Shown here one piece after another: positions 28,662 to 37,505 of a stretch of 64,000 nt of DNA. This DNA is from an uncultured Eubacteriales bacterium (lineage in GTDB: Bacteria > Bacillota > Clostridia > TANB77 > CAG-508), in assembly GCA_949288095.1 (NCBI GenBank), contig CASEIX010000023.1, forward strand, positions 9,977 to 73,976. Reading direction: 5' to 3'. Every line of letters begins with the position of its first letter. The stretch's first letter is position 1. A program made the translations under genes and the position numbers. A model generated the notes under the pieces. That model had not been told where the DNA came from. It worked only from the letters and a program-made list of their open reading frames with translations, and ran no database searches.

Positions 28662-28745
28662 AAAAAAGGGACAATTGGGGACGTTTCTATTTGGACATTT
28701 ATTCAAAAATGTCCAAATAGAAACGTCCCCAATTGTCCCTTTTTT
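28662..28745. repeat. Perfect palindrome: 39-bp stem (28662..28700 / 28707..28745) with a 6-nt loop, flanked by A6 and T6. Likely an oversized bidirectional terminator.
   Basis: AAAAAAGGGACAATTGGGGACGTTTCTATTTGGACATTT-ATTCAA-AAATGTCCAAATAGAAACGTCCCCAATTGTCCCTTTTTT. Confidence 0.9.
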
Positions 28746-28748
28746 GTC

Positions 28749-28777
28749 TTGAAATTTTGTCAAAATTATGGTAATAT
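28749..28777 (+). promoter_or_regulatory. Putative sigma-A promoter of the ArsP_2-like gene
   Basis: TTGAAA-N17-TAATAT, immediately downstream of the palindrome. Confidence 0.45.
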
Positions 28778-28802
28778 ATATCATACAAAAAAGGAGGAGA
28801 AA

Positions 28803-29657
28803 ATGTTAGAAATTATAGAAGATACAATAATAGATAGTGTAAGATTAATTCCTTTCTTATTTCTTACATATTTATTAATGGAATATATAGAACATAAAAC
28901 AAAAGAAAAAACAAAGGAAACCATAAAAAAATCAGGAAAATTTGGACCATTTTTTGGAGCATTACTTGGTATTGTTCCTCAATGTGGATTTTCTGTTTCT
29001 GCAACCAATTTATATGCAGCAAGGGTAATAACATTAGGTACACTAATTGCCGTTTATTTATCTACTTCTGATGAAATGTTACCAATATTCTTATCAGAAG
29101 GGGTAGCTATTGATGTTATTATAAAAATATTAGCGATTAAGTTAGTTATTGGTATGATAGCAGGATTTTTAATTGATTTGGTTATACGATTAAAGAATAA
29201 AGGAAAAGAAGATGAAGAAAAAATTATTGATTTATGTGAAAAGGAACATTGCCATTGTGAGCATGGAATATTCAAATCTGCATTAAAACATACAGTCAAC
29301 ATATTTTTATTTATCTTTATAATAACATTTGTTATTAATATAGCAATTTATTTTATTGGAGAAGAAACAATAGCAGGATTTATGTTAGATAGACCAATAT
29401 TAGGCCCAATGATATCTGGACTTATTGGATTAATTCCAAATTGTGCTTCATCAGTTATCATTACACAGATGTATTTAGAAAATATCATATCTGTTGGTAC
29501 AATGATTGCAGGTTTATTAGTTGGTGCAGGTGTGGGACTAGCAGTACTATTTAGAACCAATAAAGGTATCAAAGAAAATATTAAAATTACTGTTTTATTA
29601 TATGCAATAGGTGTTATATCTGGTATCATATTAGAACTAATTGGGTTAACCATATAA
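28803..29657 (+). CDS. Putative permease of the 10-TM ArsP_2 type (putative metal/metalloid transporter)
   Basis: ATG after AAGGAGGAG. The blocks LIPFLFLTYLLMEYIEH and GIVPQCGFS, together with the repeated half GLIPNCASS, are typical of this family as I remember it. Confidence 0.6.
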   Translation: MLEIIEDTIIDSVRLIPFLFLTYLLMEYIEHKTKEKTKETIKKSGKFGPFFGALLGIVPQCGFSVSATNLYAARVITLGTLIAVYLSTSDEMLPIFLSEGVAIDVIIKILAIKLVIGMIAGFLIDLVIRLKNKGKEDEEKIIDLCEKEHCHCEHGIFKSALKHTVNIFLFIFIITFVINIAIYFIGEETIAGFMLDRPILGPMISGLIGLIPNCASSVIITQMYLENIISVGTMIAGLLVGAGVGLAVLFRTNKGIKENIKITVLLYAIGVISGIILELIGLTI

Positions 29658-29735
29658 GAAGCTTAATCATATGGCTTGTGAGAAAAAATATATATGTTCA
29701 GAATAAAGCAAAATCTTTTTATATAATAAAAACAT

Positions 29736-29771
29736 AAAGACTTACGAAATGATTTAATCGTAAGTCTTTTT
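29736..29771. terminator. Bidirectional terminator between convergent genes
   Basis: Stem AAAGACTTACG / CGTAAGTCTTT followed by a T-run. Confidence 0.7.
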
Positions 29772-29784
29772 AATATGTATATTT

Positions 29785-32112
29785 TTATTTCTTTTCATTT
29801 CTTTTAAAATTGATAACCACAGCATCGTCATTATCAAAGAAATATTTAGAATCTGTTGTATCTGTTTGTACTGGATTGATTTCATCTCTTTCATCTTTGA
29901 AATCTAGATTTTTTAAATCAAATTTCTTTTTAGCTGAAGTGTCATCTTCTGTGGCAGTTGTAACACCATCAGAATATTTACCGAAATCAAATACTTTAAT
30001 TTTTTGCTTTTCTTTATATTTTGATTCTAAGTATTTAAATCTACCTGGTCCAACGATTGGTTTTCCGTTAAGACCTTTTACTTTAAATGCAGCCATTGTA
30101 TTGGTTAGCATTGATTGTAATTTACCAGGTGTGAAATAATAAACATATGACCATTTTGCATCACCATATTTAGAGCTATACTGCGTTTTTTCTGTATCAA
30201 AATCAACTTTGTAAGTCCATTCTCTGTGTTGCCCAAATTCGTCACACCACCATTTTAGTTCACTTATTTCTGCATTTCCTGTAAATACCTTGTTTGCACA
30301 GTTTGATAAAATAGTATTTTTATAATTTTCTCTAGATTTTGGAGTTTCTAATTGTGCTAAGTTTTGTGCAGAGATGATTGTTCCTACACGATATTTTCTA
30401 TACATGGTGAACATAGCTTCTGTTGCTTTACAAATAAAGTCTGGGAACTCATCAATATATAGAAAATTAGGGATCCTTGAATTTTCTCCGCCAGGTCTTC
30501 TTAAAACAGCATTTTGCATTGAAATTAAGAAGAATAATCCAAAAGCTTGATGTGTTGAGGAACCTAAATCACCACGTCTTGTACATACAAAAGTAATCTC
30601 ACCATTTGCAAGAGCTTTATCAAAATCAATATTATTAAATCGATTACATAGGATAGATTTAACACCTGGCAATCTTAAAAGATTATCTAATTGTGTAACA
30701 GCTGCATAAATGTCCTTTTCAGTTTGTGCTTTAGCAGGTCCATCTTTGTAGAAACATTTTCTAAAATATGCAAGTTGTACAGCGTATTTTTCTTTTAAAT
30801 CTTCATCATGTGCTAATATTTCACACATTTTTTCAATCAACTCAAAATTAGTGAACATTTTTAGCATATCTTCCATATTAGGAAGAGCACCTTCATTCAT
30901 TCTAGGATACATTTCTTTTAGTAAAATAGCTAAATTTTCGATTGCTTGAATGATGAAGTCTTCCCTATAGGCATCTTCTACTTCTTCATGTGCATTATTA
31001 TACATAGATTTTAAAGCAGAAGAGATTGTAACTGCTATTTTTGAAGGTTCATCATATACAAAAGGATTTAATCCCATTGAATTAGGATTTGATGGATCAA
31101 TCATATTGTATTTAAATCCATAGTTTTCACAAACTTGCGTCATGTGTTCAATGATTTCATAATCTGGTGACATGATTTCTAATCCCAAATTTCTATATAC
31201 ATTTTCTCCATCTAATGGTCCTAAAATCATTTTTTTCATATAGCCGTTAAAAACAGCTTCTTTTCCATCATTAGGAGCAAGCATTTCTAATTTAAAGTTT
31301 TCATTTAGATAATCATTATCGTAAGGTCTTTTTAAATGAGCAATACCTGTTTTTAAAGCGGTAAATCCCATTTCCTTTGAAACTTCTCTAAAAAAGAATT
31401 TTTTCTCGATATCTCTAGCAATCATTGGTTCAAAAACTAAAGATGTTTTTCCTGTTCCAGAGCCACCACATACAAATAAAGACGAATATCTAGAAACTTC
31501 TGGAATGGTAATGACTGTACCGTAATCATGGTCTGTACATAAAAATACTTCACAAGTATAAATACCTCTATCTTTCTTAGGATCAGATAAATCAATACCA
31601 GGATAATCCCAAATAGAACGAATCTGATCTAAGTTGTCATTAATACCCATATATAACCATTTAAATACTGGAAATATGGTAACAAGTGGTAAATAAAGCG
31701 AAATACTAATAAATGCAGGTTTTACAATATCAGAAAAATCTGTAATTAATTCTACATAATTTGGAACTGATAAAAGTAATAACCAAGCCCCCATATTTAA
31801 CCATTGTGTGAACATAGAAACAGCTATGACATATAGTCCAACAGCATATACATAGAATATAGCAACTTTTTTCATATTGGAAGTAGCAAATTCGGATTTT
31901 CCTGAAAATAGGAATGCAAAAATTGGACATGCCAAAGCTAATGTATATTGGATAGGTCCCCAATATGAATAGGATACACCTGTAAATATCATAAGAAGCA
32001 TTTCTACAAGTCTATCTACTGCTAAGTATACAGTGATTAAGGTTAAAATATAAGTTGCAAATGTATTTCTATTGATATTTAATTTCTTTAAAAATTTATC
32101 GATTAGCTTCAT
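29785..32112 (-). CDS. Membrane-anchored type-IV-coupling-protein-like (TraD/TraG/VirD4/TcpA-like) P-loop ATPase
   Basis: About five N-terminal TM segments. Walker A VCGGSGTGKTS, Walker-B-like FLYIDEFPDF, and the block RKYRVGTIISAQNLAQL that resembles the TraG-D_C region. Confidence 0.7.
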   Translation of the reverse strand: MKLIDKFLKKLNINRNTFATYILTLITVYLAVDRLVEMLLMIFTGVSYSYWGPIQYTLALACPIFAFLFSGKSEFATSNMKKVAIFYVYAVGLYVIAVSMFTQWLNMGAWLLLLSVPNYVELITDFSDIVKPAFISISLYLPLVTIFPVFKWLYMGINDNLDQIRSIWDYPGIDLSDPKKDRGIYTCEVFLCTDHDYGTVITIPEVSRYSSLFVCGGSGTGKTSLVFEPMIARDIEKKFFFREVSKEMGFTALKTGIAHLKRPYDNDYLNENFKLEMLAPNDGKEAVFNGYMKKMILGPLDGENVYRNLGLEIMSPDYEIIEHMTQVCENYGFKYNMIDPSNPNSMGLNPFVYDEPSKIAVTISSALKSMYNNAHEEVEDAYREDFIIQAIENLAILLKEMYPRMNEGALPNMEDMLKMFTNFELIEKMCEILAHDEDLKEKYAVQLAYFRKCFYKDGPAKAQTEKDIYAAVTQLDNLLRLPGVKSILCNRFNNIDFDKALANGEITFVCTRRGDLGSSTHQAFGLFFLISMQNAVLRRPGGENSRIPNFLYIDEFPDFICKATEAMFTMYRKYRVGTIISAQNLAQLETPKSRENYKNTILSNCANKVFTGNAEISELKWWCDEFGQHREWTYKVDFDTEKTQYSSKYGDAKWSYVYYFTPGKLQSMLTNTMAAFKVKGLNGKPIVGPGRFKYLESKYKEKQKIKVFDFGKYSDGVTTATEDDTSAKKKFDLKNLDFKDERDEINPVQTDTTDSKYFFDNDDAVVINFKRNEKK

Positions 32113-32268
32113 CTAAAATATCCTTTCAAAATTTATAATCATACATATATATTATCCTACAAAATAGCGAAAAAAACAAGAGTTTTCGCTAAATTTATTT
32201 AATTTTTACTTAGTATAAAAATGAAAGATTTGAATATACTATTATGGCAAAAGGCAAGGAGGAATGTT

Positions 32269-32553
32269 ATGGAAGATGGATATATGCAAGAGAGTGAATT
32301 GGAAAGTTTGGATGAAAGAGAAAAAGAAATAGAACTAATCAAAAATATTATAAAAACAAGAAGAGAGCTAAAAAATGTAGATAGAAATTTTGAATATGCA
32401 CAAGATGATTTAGTAGATTATTATATCTACGAAATGAAAGCAAACCAGGCAAAATTAAATTACTTAATTAAAATGGCTAAAATGAAGGGAATTACGGTTG
32501 ATATGATTAATGATATCAAATATAGACTTTCTAGTGATGAAGAAGTCGGATAG
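32269..32553 (+). CDS. yaaL: YaaL-like protein (DUF2508)
   Basis: ATG at 32269, 6 nt after AAGGAGG. Pattern F.YA.DDLVDYYIYEMKA...YLIK. It is adjacent to bofA, matching the B. subtilis yaaL-bofA order. Confidence 0.6.
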   Translation: MEDGYMQESELESLDEREKEIELIKNIIKTRRELKNVDRNFEYAQDDLVDYYIYEMKANQAKLNYLIKMAKMKGITVDMINDIKYRLSSDEEVG

Positions 32554-32621
32554 GTCTATTTGTCCAATGGATAGCATAATAATGAGTAAGAGAATATATA
32601 TGTTATCAATTGGAGGTAGAA

Positions 32622-32882
32622 ATGGATTTAAATATAGTTACATATTTGGCTTGTATCTGTTTTATATTTATCATTGGGAGAATTTTTATTGTCCCACTTA
32701 AAAAAATATTAAAACTTATCATCAATTCAATATTTGGTGGGCTTGTTATATATGTGATTAATTTAATAGGTGCTAATTTTGGATTTCATATAGGTTTAAA
32801 TATTGTCAATAGCATTATCATAGGATTACTAGGATTACCAGGCGCAGTATGTTTAATCATTGTGAAGCTATTAATAGGATAA
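32622..32882 (+). CDS. bofA: Pro-sigma-K processing inhibitor BofA
   Basis: Small two-TM protein ending ...IIGLLGLPGAVCLIIVKLL, typical of BofA. Confidence 0.75.
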   Translation: MDLNIVTYLACICFIFIIGRIFIVPLKKILKLIINSIFGGLVIYVINLIGANFGFHIGLNIVNSIIIGLLGLPGAVCLIIVKLLIG

Positions 32883-32968
32883 ACAAAAAAATAAAGCGAC
32901 TATTGAATAATGTTAAATTTTCTGATAGGATAGAAATACATAAAAGAAATAATAAAAGGAGCAAAATA

Positions 32969-33748
32969 ATGGAGTATATAAATCATAAAGATAAATTGAA
33001 AGATATAAAACTAGATAAAAATAATTTTTATGTAATAATTGATTTTGACAGAACCATAACAGAAGCAAAAAGTTTTAGTGCATGGAGAGTATTATACTAT
33101 TCAGAATTATTAGGGGAAACATTCAAACAAAAATATGCTGAGATACATGATGAAACAGAATTAAGTGAAAATGAGAGTAATGAAGCAAAACAAAAGGCTT
33201 TTGAACAAAGATTTATGGCATATATGGATTTATTAAGAGATTGTCATTTTAATAAAGATATATTAAAAAAGGCAGTAGAAAAAACAGATTTAACATTGCG
33301 TGATGGTGCAAAAGAATTTTTTAGAAAGATGTATGAAAACAATATTCCAGTTATTATTATATCTAGTAGTATAAAAAATGTAATAGAAGAATATTTAAGA
33401 CAAAATCATGCATTTTATGATAATATTCACATATATGCTAATGATTTAGATATGAATGGAAAAAAAGAAAATGATGTAACCAATGTGACACCATATAATA
33501 AAAATGAAATAGAATTTTCTGAAAAATTAAAGAAAAATATAAAAGACAAAAAATATATACTATTACTAGGAGATATACTAGATGATGTTAACATGGTATC
33601 AAAAGAAAAGTTAAATCATACCGTTACGATAGGATTTTTAGAAGAAAATATAGAATCTAATTTAGAAAAATACAACAAAACTTTTGATATTGTGTTAACA
33701 AATAATGCAAGTTTTAAAGAAGTTTTAAAGTTAATAGATTTTAATTAA
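32969..33748 (+). CDS. HAD-superfamily hydrolase (5'-nucleotidase-like)
   Basis: ATG after AAAAGGAG. Motif I is IIDFDRTIT; a later LLLGDILDD block is also present. Confidence 0.7.
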   Translation: MEYINHKDKLKDIKLDKNNFYVIIDFDRTITEAKSFSAWRVLYYSELLGETFKQKYAEIHDETELSENESNEAKQKAFEQRFMAYMDLLRDCHFNKDILKKAVEKTDLTLRDGAKEFFRKMYENNIPVIIISSSIKNVIEEYLRQNHAFYDNIHIYANDLDMNGKKENDVTNVTPYNKNEIEFSEKLKKNIKDKKYILLLGDILDDVNMVSKEKLNHTVTIGFLEENIESNLEKYNKTFDIVLTNNASFKEVLKLIDFN

Positions 33749-33756
33749 AAAATGGG

Positions 33757-33795
33757 AAAAGACAAAATCAAAATATTTTGATCTTGTCTTTTTTA
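33757..33795. terminator. Bidirectional terminator between the HAD gene and glmS
   Basis: Imperfect palindrome AAAAGACAAAATCAAAAT / ATTTTGATCTTGTCTTTT. Confidence 0.65.
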
Positions 33796-33817
33796 TTTAT
33801 TATATAGTTTTCAAAAT

Positions 33818-35659
33818 TTATTCTACTGTAACAGACTTTGCCAAATTTCTAGGTTTATCAACATCTAATCCTTTTTCCTTTGAAATATAATATGATAATA
33901 ATTGTAAAGGAATAATAGATAAAATTGGTGAGATATATGGACTAGTCTCAGGAATTTCTAGTACAGTATCAAACATAGATTTATCAATTTTTTGGTTAGT
34001 AATAATGAAAGTTTTTGCTCCACGAGTGATAACTTCTTGAAGATTACTAACTGTTTTCTCAACTAAGGTAGGTTCTGTCATAATACCTACAACGGTTATG
34101 TCTTTTTCGATTAAAGCAATTGGTCCATGTTTTAATTCACCTGCTGCATAACTTTCTGAATGAATATAGGAAATTTCTTTTAGTTTTAAAGAACCTTCTT
34201 TAGCAACCGTTTCATCAATACCTCTACCAATAAAGAAAATATCTTTTTCTTGATAAATTCTCTTTGAAAATTGTTTAACAACATCTTCTAATTTTAGACA
34301 TTCTTCAATTTTTCTTGGTAAATCTAAAATTTCTTTTTTCAATTCATATAACATTTCAGAATTTTTTTCTAATATTTCTGCAAAGTAAATTGCTAATATA
34401 ACCATTAAAATGACTTGTGAAGTATATGCTTTTGTAGAAGCAACTGCAATTTCTGGTCCAGCATGTGTATAAATAGAATAATCTGCTTCTCTAGTAATAG
34501 AACTACCAATAACATTAGAAATAGCAAGTGTTTTGGCACCTTTTTGTTTTGATAATTTCAATGCGGCAATGGTGTCTGCGGTTTCTCCTGATTGAGAAAT
34601 AAAGATACATAATGTTTTATCATCAATTAATGGATCTCTATATCTAAATTCAGAAGCAATATCTACTTCAGTTGGAATTCTACAAAGTTTTTCAATAATA
34701 TTTTTTCCTGCTAATCCAGCATGCATAGCTGTACCACAAGCAACAATGTAAATTTTATTTAAACTTGATAAATATTCTTTTGTGAATTTTAATTCATCAA
34801 ATTCACATTTTGAATTTTGGCTAAACTTAGCACCAATGGTTTCACGAATAGCTGTTGGTTGTTCATGAATTTCTTTTAGCATAAAATCTTCATAACCATT
34901 TTTTTCACTACTAGCAGCATCCCATTCAATACTTTGTGTCTTTTTATCTATTTTATTTAAATCTTTATCATAAAATTCAGCAGAATCTCTTGATAAAAAT
35001 ACATATTCTAAATCGTTTAAAAGATAGAAGTTTCTAGTAAATGACAAGATAGCTGGAATATCTGAAGAAATATAATTTTCATCAATTCCTTTTCCAATAA
35101 CTAAAGGACTATCTTTTCTAACAACAATCATATTATCAGGAAAATCTTTACAAATAATTTCTAAAGCAAAACTTCCTTTTAAGTCAGAACAAGCATTTTT
35201 TACTGCTGTTAAAAATTTCATTTTTCCTGTTTCTTTTGTCTCTTTTGTATAATAGTAATGAATTAAATTTGGCACAATTTCTGTATCTGTATCAGAATAA
35301 AATGTATATCCATTATCCATTAAAAATTTTCTTAATTCATTATAATTTTCAATAATACCATTATGAACAACACTAAATGATTTTGCATTATCTTGATGAG
35401 GGTGTGCATTTTCCTTAGATGGTTTTCCATGTGTTGCCCATCGAGTATGTGCAATACCAATCGTACCTTTTAAGTCATCAATTCCTTTTATATAATATAA
35501 ATTTTTTACTCTTCCTTTATCTTTCATAACAACCAAACCTTCTGGCTCAATTGTTGAAATACCTGCAGAGTCATACCCTCTGTATTCCAATCTTAAAAGT
35601 CCATTAATTAAAATTGGACTTGCTTTTTGTTTTCCTATATAACCTACAATTCCACACAT
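33818..35659 (-). CDS. glmS: Glutamine--fructose-6-phosphate aminotransferase
   Basis: N-terminal MCGIVGY nucleophile, two SIS domains, and the C-terminal ...LAKSVTVE. Confidence 0.95.
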   Translation of the reverse strand: MCGIVGYIGKQKASPILINGLLRLEYRGYDSAGISTIEPEGLVVMKDKGRVKNLYYIKGIDDLKGTIGIAHTRWATHGKPSKENAHPHQDNAKSFSVVHNGIIENYNELRKFLMDNGYTFYSDTDTEIVPNLIHYYYTKETKETGKMKFLTAVKNACSDLKGSFALEIICKDFPDNMIVVRKDSPLVIGKGIDENYISSDIPAILSFTRNFYLLNDLEYVFLSRDSAEFYDKDLNKIDKKTQSIEWDAASSEKNGYEDFMLKEIHEQPTAIRETIGAKFSQNSKCEFDELKFTKEYLSSLNKIYIVACGTAMHAGLAGKNIIEKLCRIPTEVDIASEFRYRDPLIDDKTLCIFISQSGETADTIAALKLSKQKGAKTLAISNVIGSSITREADYSIYTHAGPEIAVASTKAYTSQVILMVILAIYFAEILEKNSEMLYELKKEILDLPRKIEECLKLEDVVKQFSKRIYQEKDIFFIGRGIDETVAKEGSLKLKEISYIHSESYAAGELKHGPIALIEKDITVVGIMTEPTLVEKTVSNLQEVITRGAKTFIITNQKIDKSMFDTVLEIPETSPYISPILSIIPLQLLSYYISKEKGLDVDKPRNLAKSVTVE

Positions 35660-35699
35660 AATAAAAATCCTCCTAAAATTTGTTTTTGGGAATTAAAGG

Positions 35700-35856
35700 T
35701 ATGCAAATAAAACCTATATGTATTGACCTTTGTTACAATATTACTATTGCTCTTTTCATCAATACTCATGACCATAAGTGAAAGCCATCAGAGCATCCGC
35801 CGAATCTTTCGATAACTCTGAACCTCGTCAACACTATTTCATAGTGTCCAGGCGCT
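35700..35856 (-). ncRNA. glmS ribozyme: glmS ribozyme (GlcN6P-dependent self-cleaving leader)
   Basis: The minus strand reads A/GCGCCUGGAC...GACGAGGUUCAGAGUUAUCGAAAGAUUCGGCGGAUGCUCUGA. This matches the conserved core GACGAGG..GUUAUCGAA..UUCGGCGGAUGC, with a compensatory CAGAG/CUCUG helix. It lies directly upstream of glmS. Confidence 0.85.
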
Positions 35857-36035
35857 ATATATGAATGAAATATTGCCCTCCTTTCTAGATATTTTCTTGC
35901 ATACTTTTAATTTACTGCTATTATATTATACTAAAATGAAAAAATACGCAAGTCCTACTTAAAAAATTTTATTTTCTTGAAAAAAGATAACATAAAATTT
36001 GAAAAAGTCGGCAAAAAGTGTTATACTATAAATTG

Positions 36036-36385
36036 TACGACCCAAAGAGGTTGTAGCACATTGAAAAATAGGTGCGGATAAGCACCTCATACATAAATTG
36101 AGGCTTTTATTCAGCCTATTTTTCTTTGTGCAAAAATAAGCGCCAAAGATGGTGCGAAAGAAAGGAGGCTGAAAAAATGGCAGTTCTCACGCTTCAGGAT
36201 CTGATTGACCGAGAGGAAAAACTCGGTCAAGATTCCAGCGAAGAGACATGGGAGGAAAATATTCCTAAGGAAGATGAATGATCAACCCAGGTCTCTGAGG
36301 TATCAGCCCATTTGCTGAATGCCTCAATTTATCTGGCAAAAGCAGGTTATCCTCATTTGGGTAGCTTGCTTTTGTTGTATTTTAT
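36036..36385 (+). ncRNA. Candidate structured RNA / small-gene transcription unit; a GC-rich island with its own promoter and terminator
   Basis: Upstream TGTTATACT extended -10 at about 36019..36027. Long-range helix 36093..36104 + 36109..36115 pairs with 36314..36332. Perfect 9-bp hairpin 36205..36213 / 36222..36230. Helix 36242..36252 / 36286..36296. Terminator 36337..36374 has two G-U pairs that are valid only on the + strand. Confidence 0.4.
36177..36281 (+). CDS. Possible 34-aa acidic small protein embedded in the structured unit
   Basis: AAAGGAGG lies 8 nt upstream of the ATG. Sequence MAVLTLQDLIDREEKLGQDSSEETWEENIPKEDE. The reading frame is itself almost entirely paired in the predicted helices, so coding status is uncertain. 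Confidence 0.3.
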   Translation: MAVLTLQDLIDREEKLGQDSSEETWEENIPKEDE

Positions 36386-36488
36386 AAAAAGAAAAAACAA
36401 TAAAAAGATTGAAAAGATAAATCAATTTATATATAATGCAATTATATATTACAAAAAATATAATTTAAAATTATGAAAGGTAAAAAAT

Positions 36489-37358
36489 ATGGATAATAAG
36501 AATATAGAATTTCAAGAATTTTTAAATAAAGATATAGGGTATGGTAATACTCTAAAAAATAAAAAAATGAAATTATTAAATGAAATAAAAGAAAGTGTCA
36601 TAAAGGATAAAAAATTTTTTGAACAAGCTACAGAAATAGATTTCAAAAAGTGGAAAAAGAAACTGGATTTATCTATATTTTCTAAAATTATTGATAAATA
36701 TATAGAAATGGAGAAAGATAACCATACTATCATGATAGAAGAGGAAAATACACAAATAGAAAAAATAGTGATAAGCTATTATGGAAATCCATATGTAACA
36801 TGGATTTTATGTATCCAAGCAATTATATATCAAAAGCAATTATTACTAGAATCAGGAGAATTTATGCTATCTACCAATACTTTTATAGTGAATATGGTAA
36901 ATCAAATATTAAAAGAAAATCATCTTCCAAAATTGTTGATAGATTGTATAGAAATTGTAGATAAAACAGCTATTATTGAAAAAGAAATCAAAACCATCAT
37001 TATTGGTGCTACACAGAACAAAGCAGAATATTTGGGAAAATATACTTACATACCATATAACAACTATATTATCTATTGTGCAGATGAAGAATTAGAAGAA
37101 TTAAGTAAAAGTATTTATGATTATGCATGTAATAATTTTTTTGAAACAGAAGTCCTATTTGAAGAAGATATTGAAGAAGCTATTGCGATAATCAATCTTC
37201 ACAAAGAGTGTATTGCAATTATATTAACTAAAGATACAAATTTACAAGATCTATTCAGAGAAAAAATAAAAAACAAATTATATATCAATGAAAATCCATT
37301 TTCAAAAGAAGAAATCAATCTTCCTGTTGATTGTTTAAAAATGAAACACGAGAAATAA
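36489..37358 (+). CDS. Hypothetical protein; faint, truncated resemblance to the ProA/aldehyde-dehydrogenase fold
   Basis: The blocks ISYYGNPYVT and ACNNFFETEVLF recall ProA IYESRPNVT and CNA.ETLLV. However, the protein is about 125 aa shorter than ProA and poorly conserved. Confidence 0.5.
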   Translation: MDNKNIEFQEFLNKDIGYGNTLKNKKMKLLNEIKESVIKDKKFFEQATEIDFKKWKKKLDLSIFSKIIDKYIEMEKDNHTIMIEEENTQIEKIVISYYGNPYVTWILCIQAIIYQKQLLLESGEFMLSTNTFIVNMVNQILKENHLPKLLIDCIEIVDKTAIIEKEIKTIIIGATQNKAEYLGKYTYIPYNNYIIYCADEELEELSKSIYDYACNNFFETEVLFEEDIEEAIAIINLHKECIAIILTKDTNLQDLFREKIKNKLYINENPFSKEEINLPVDCLKMKHEK

Positions 37359-37505
37359 AAAAGTTTTTAATAATAAGCATGATAAAAAATGACAAAAAGA
37401 TTGAAAATATGAGAAAATTTATATATAATACAAGTATTCAAAGTAAAATGGCATAAAAGGGAATAGGTAACCAAAAGACCTAAATATGAAATAAGGGGAA
37501 TCAAT

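Noticed and set aside
28590-28802. ORFs reading through the 39-bp palindrome on both strands (the N-terminal extension of 28617..29657, and 28590..28784 on the minus strand).
   Set aside because: Both produce the same peptide (KKGTIGDVSIWTF) purely because of the palindrome. The real permease start is the ATG at 28803, which has a strong RBS and its own promoter.
36036-36385. The GC-rich unit as tmRNA, RNase P RNA, SRP RNA or 6S RNA.
   Set aside because: It is not tmRNA: there is no tRNA-like 3' end with a T-arm and CCA, and no Ala-rich tag frame. It is not RNase P RNA, because there is no GAGGAAAGUCC. It is not SRP RNA, because no domain IV motif is present. It is too long and too branched for 6S RNA, with no single central bubble.
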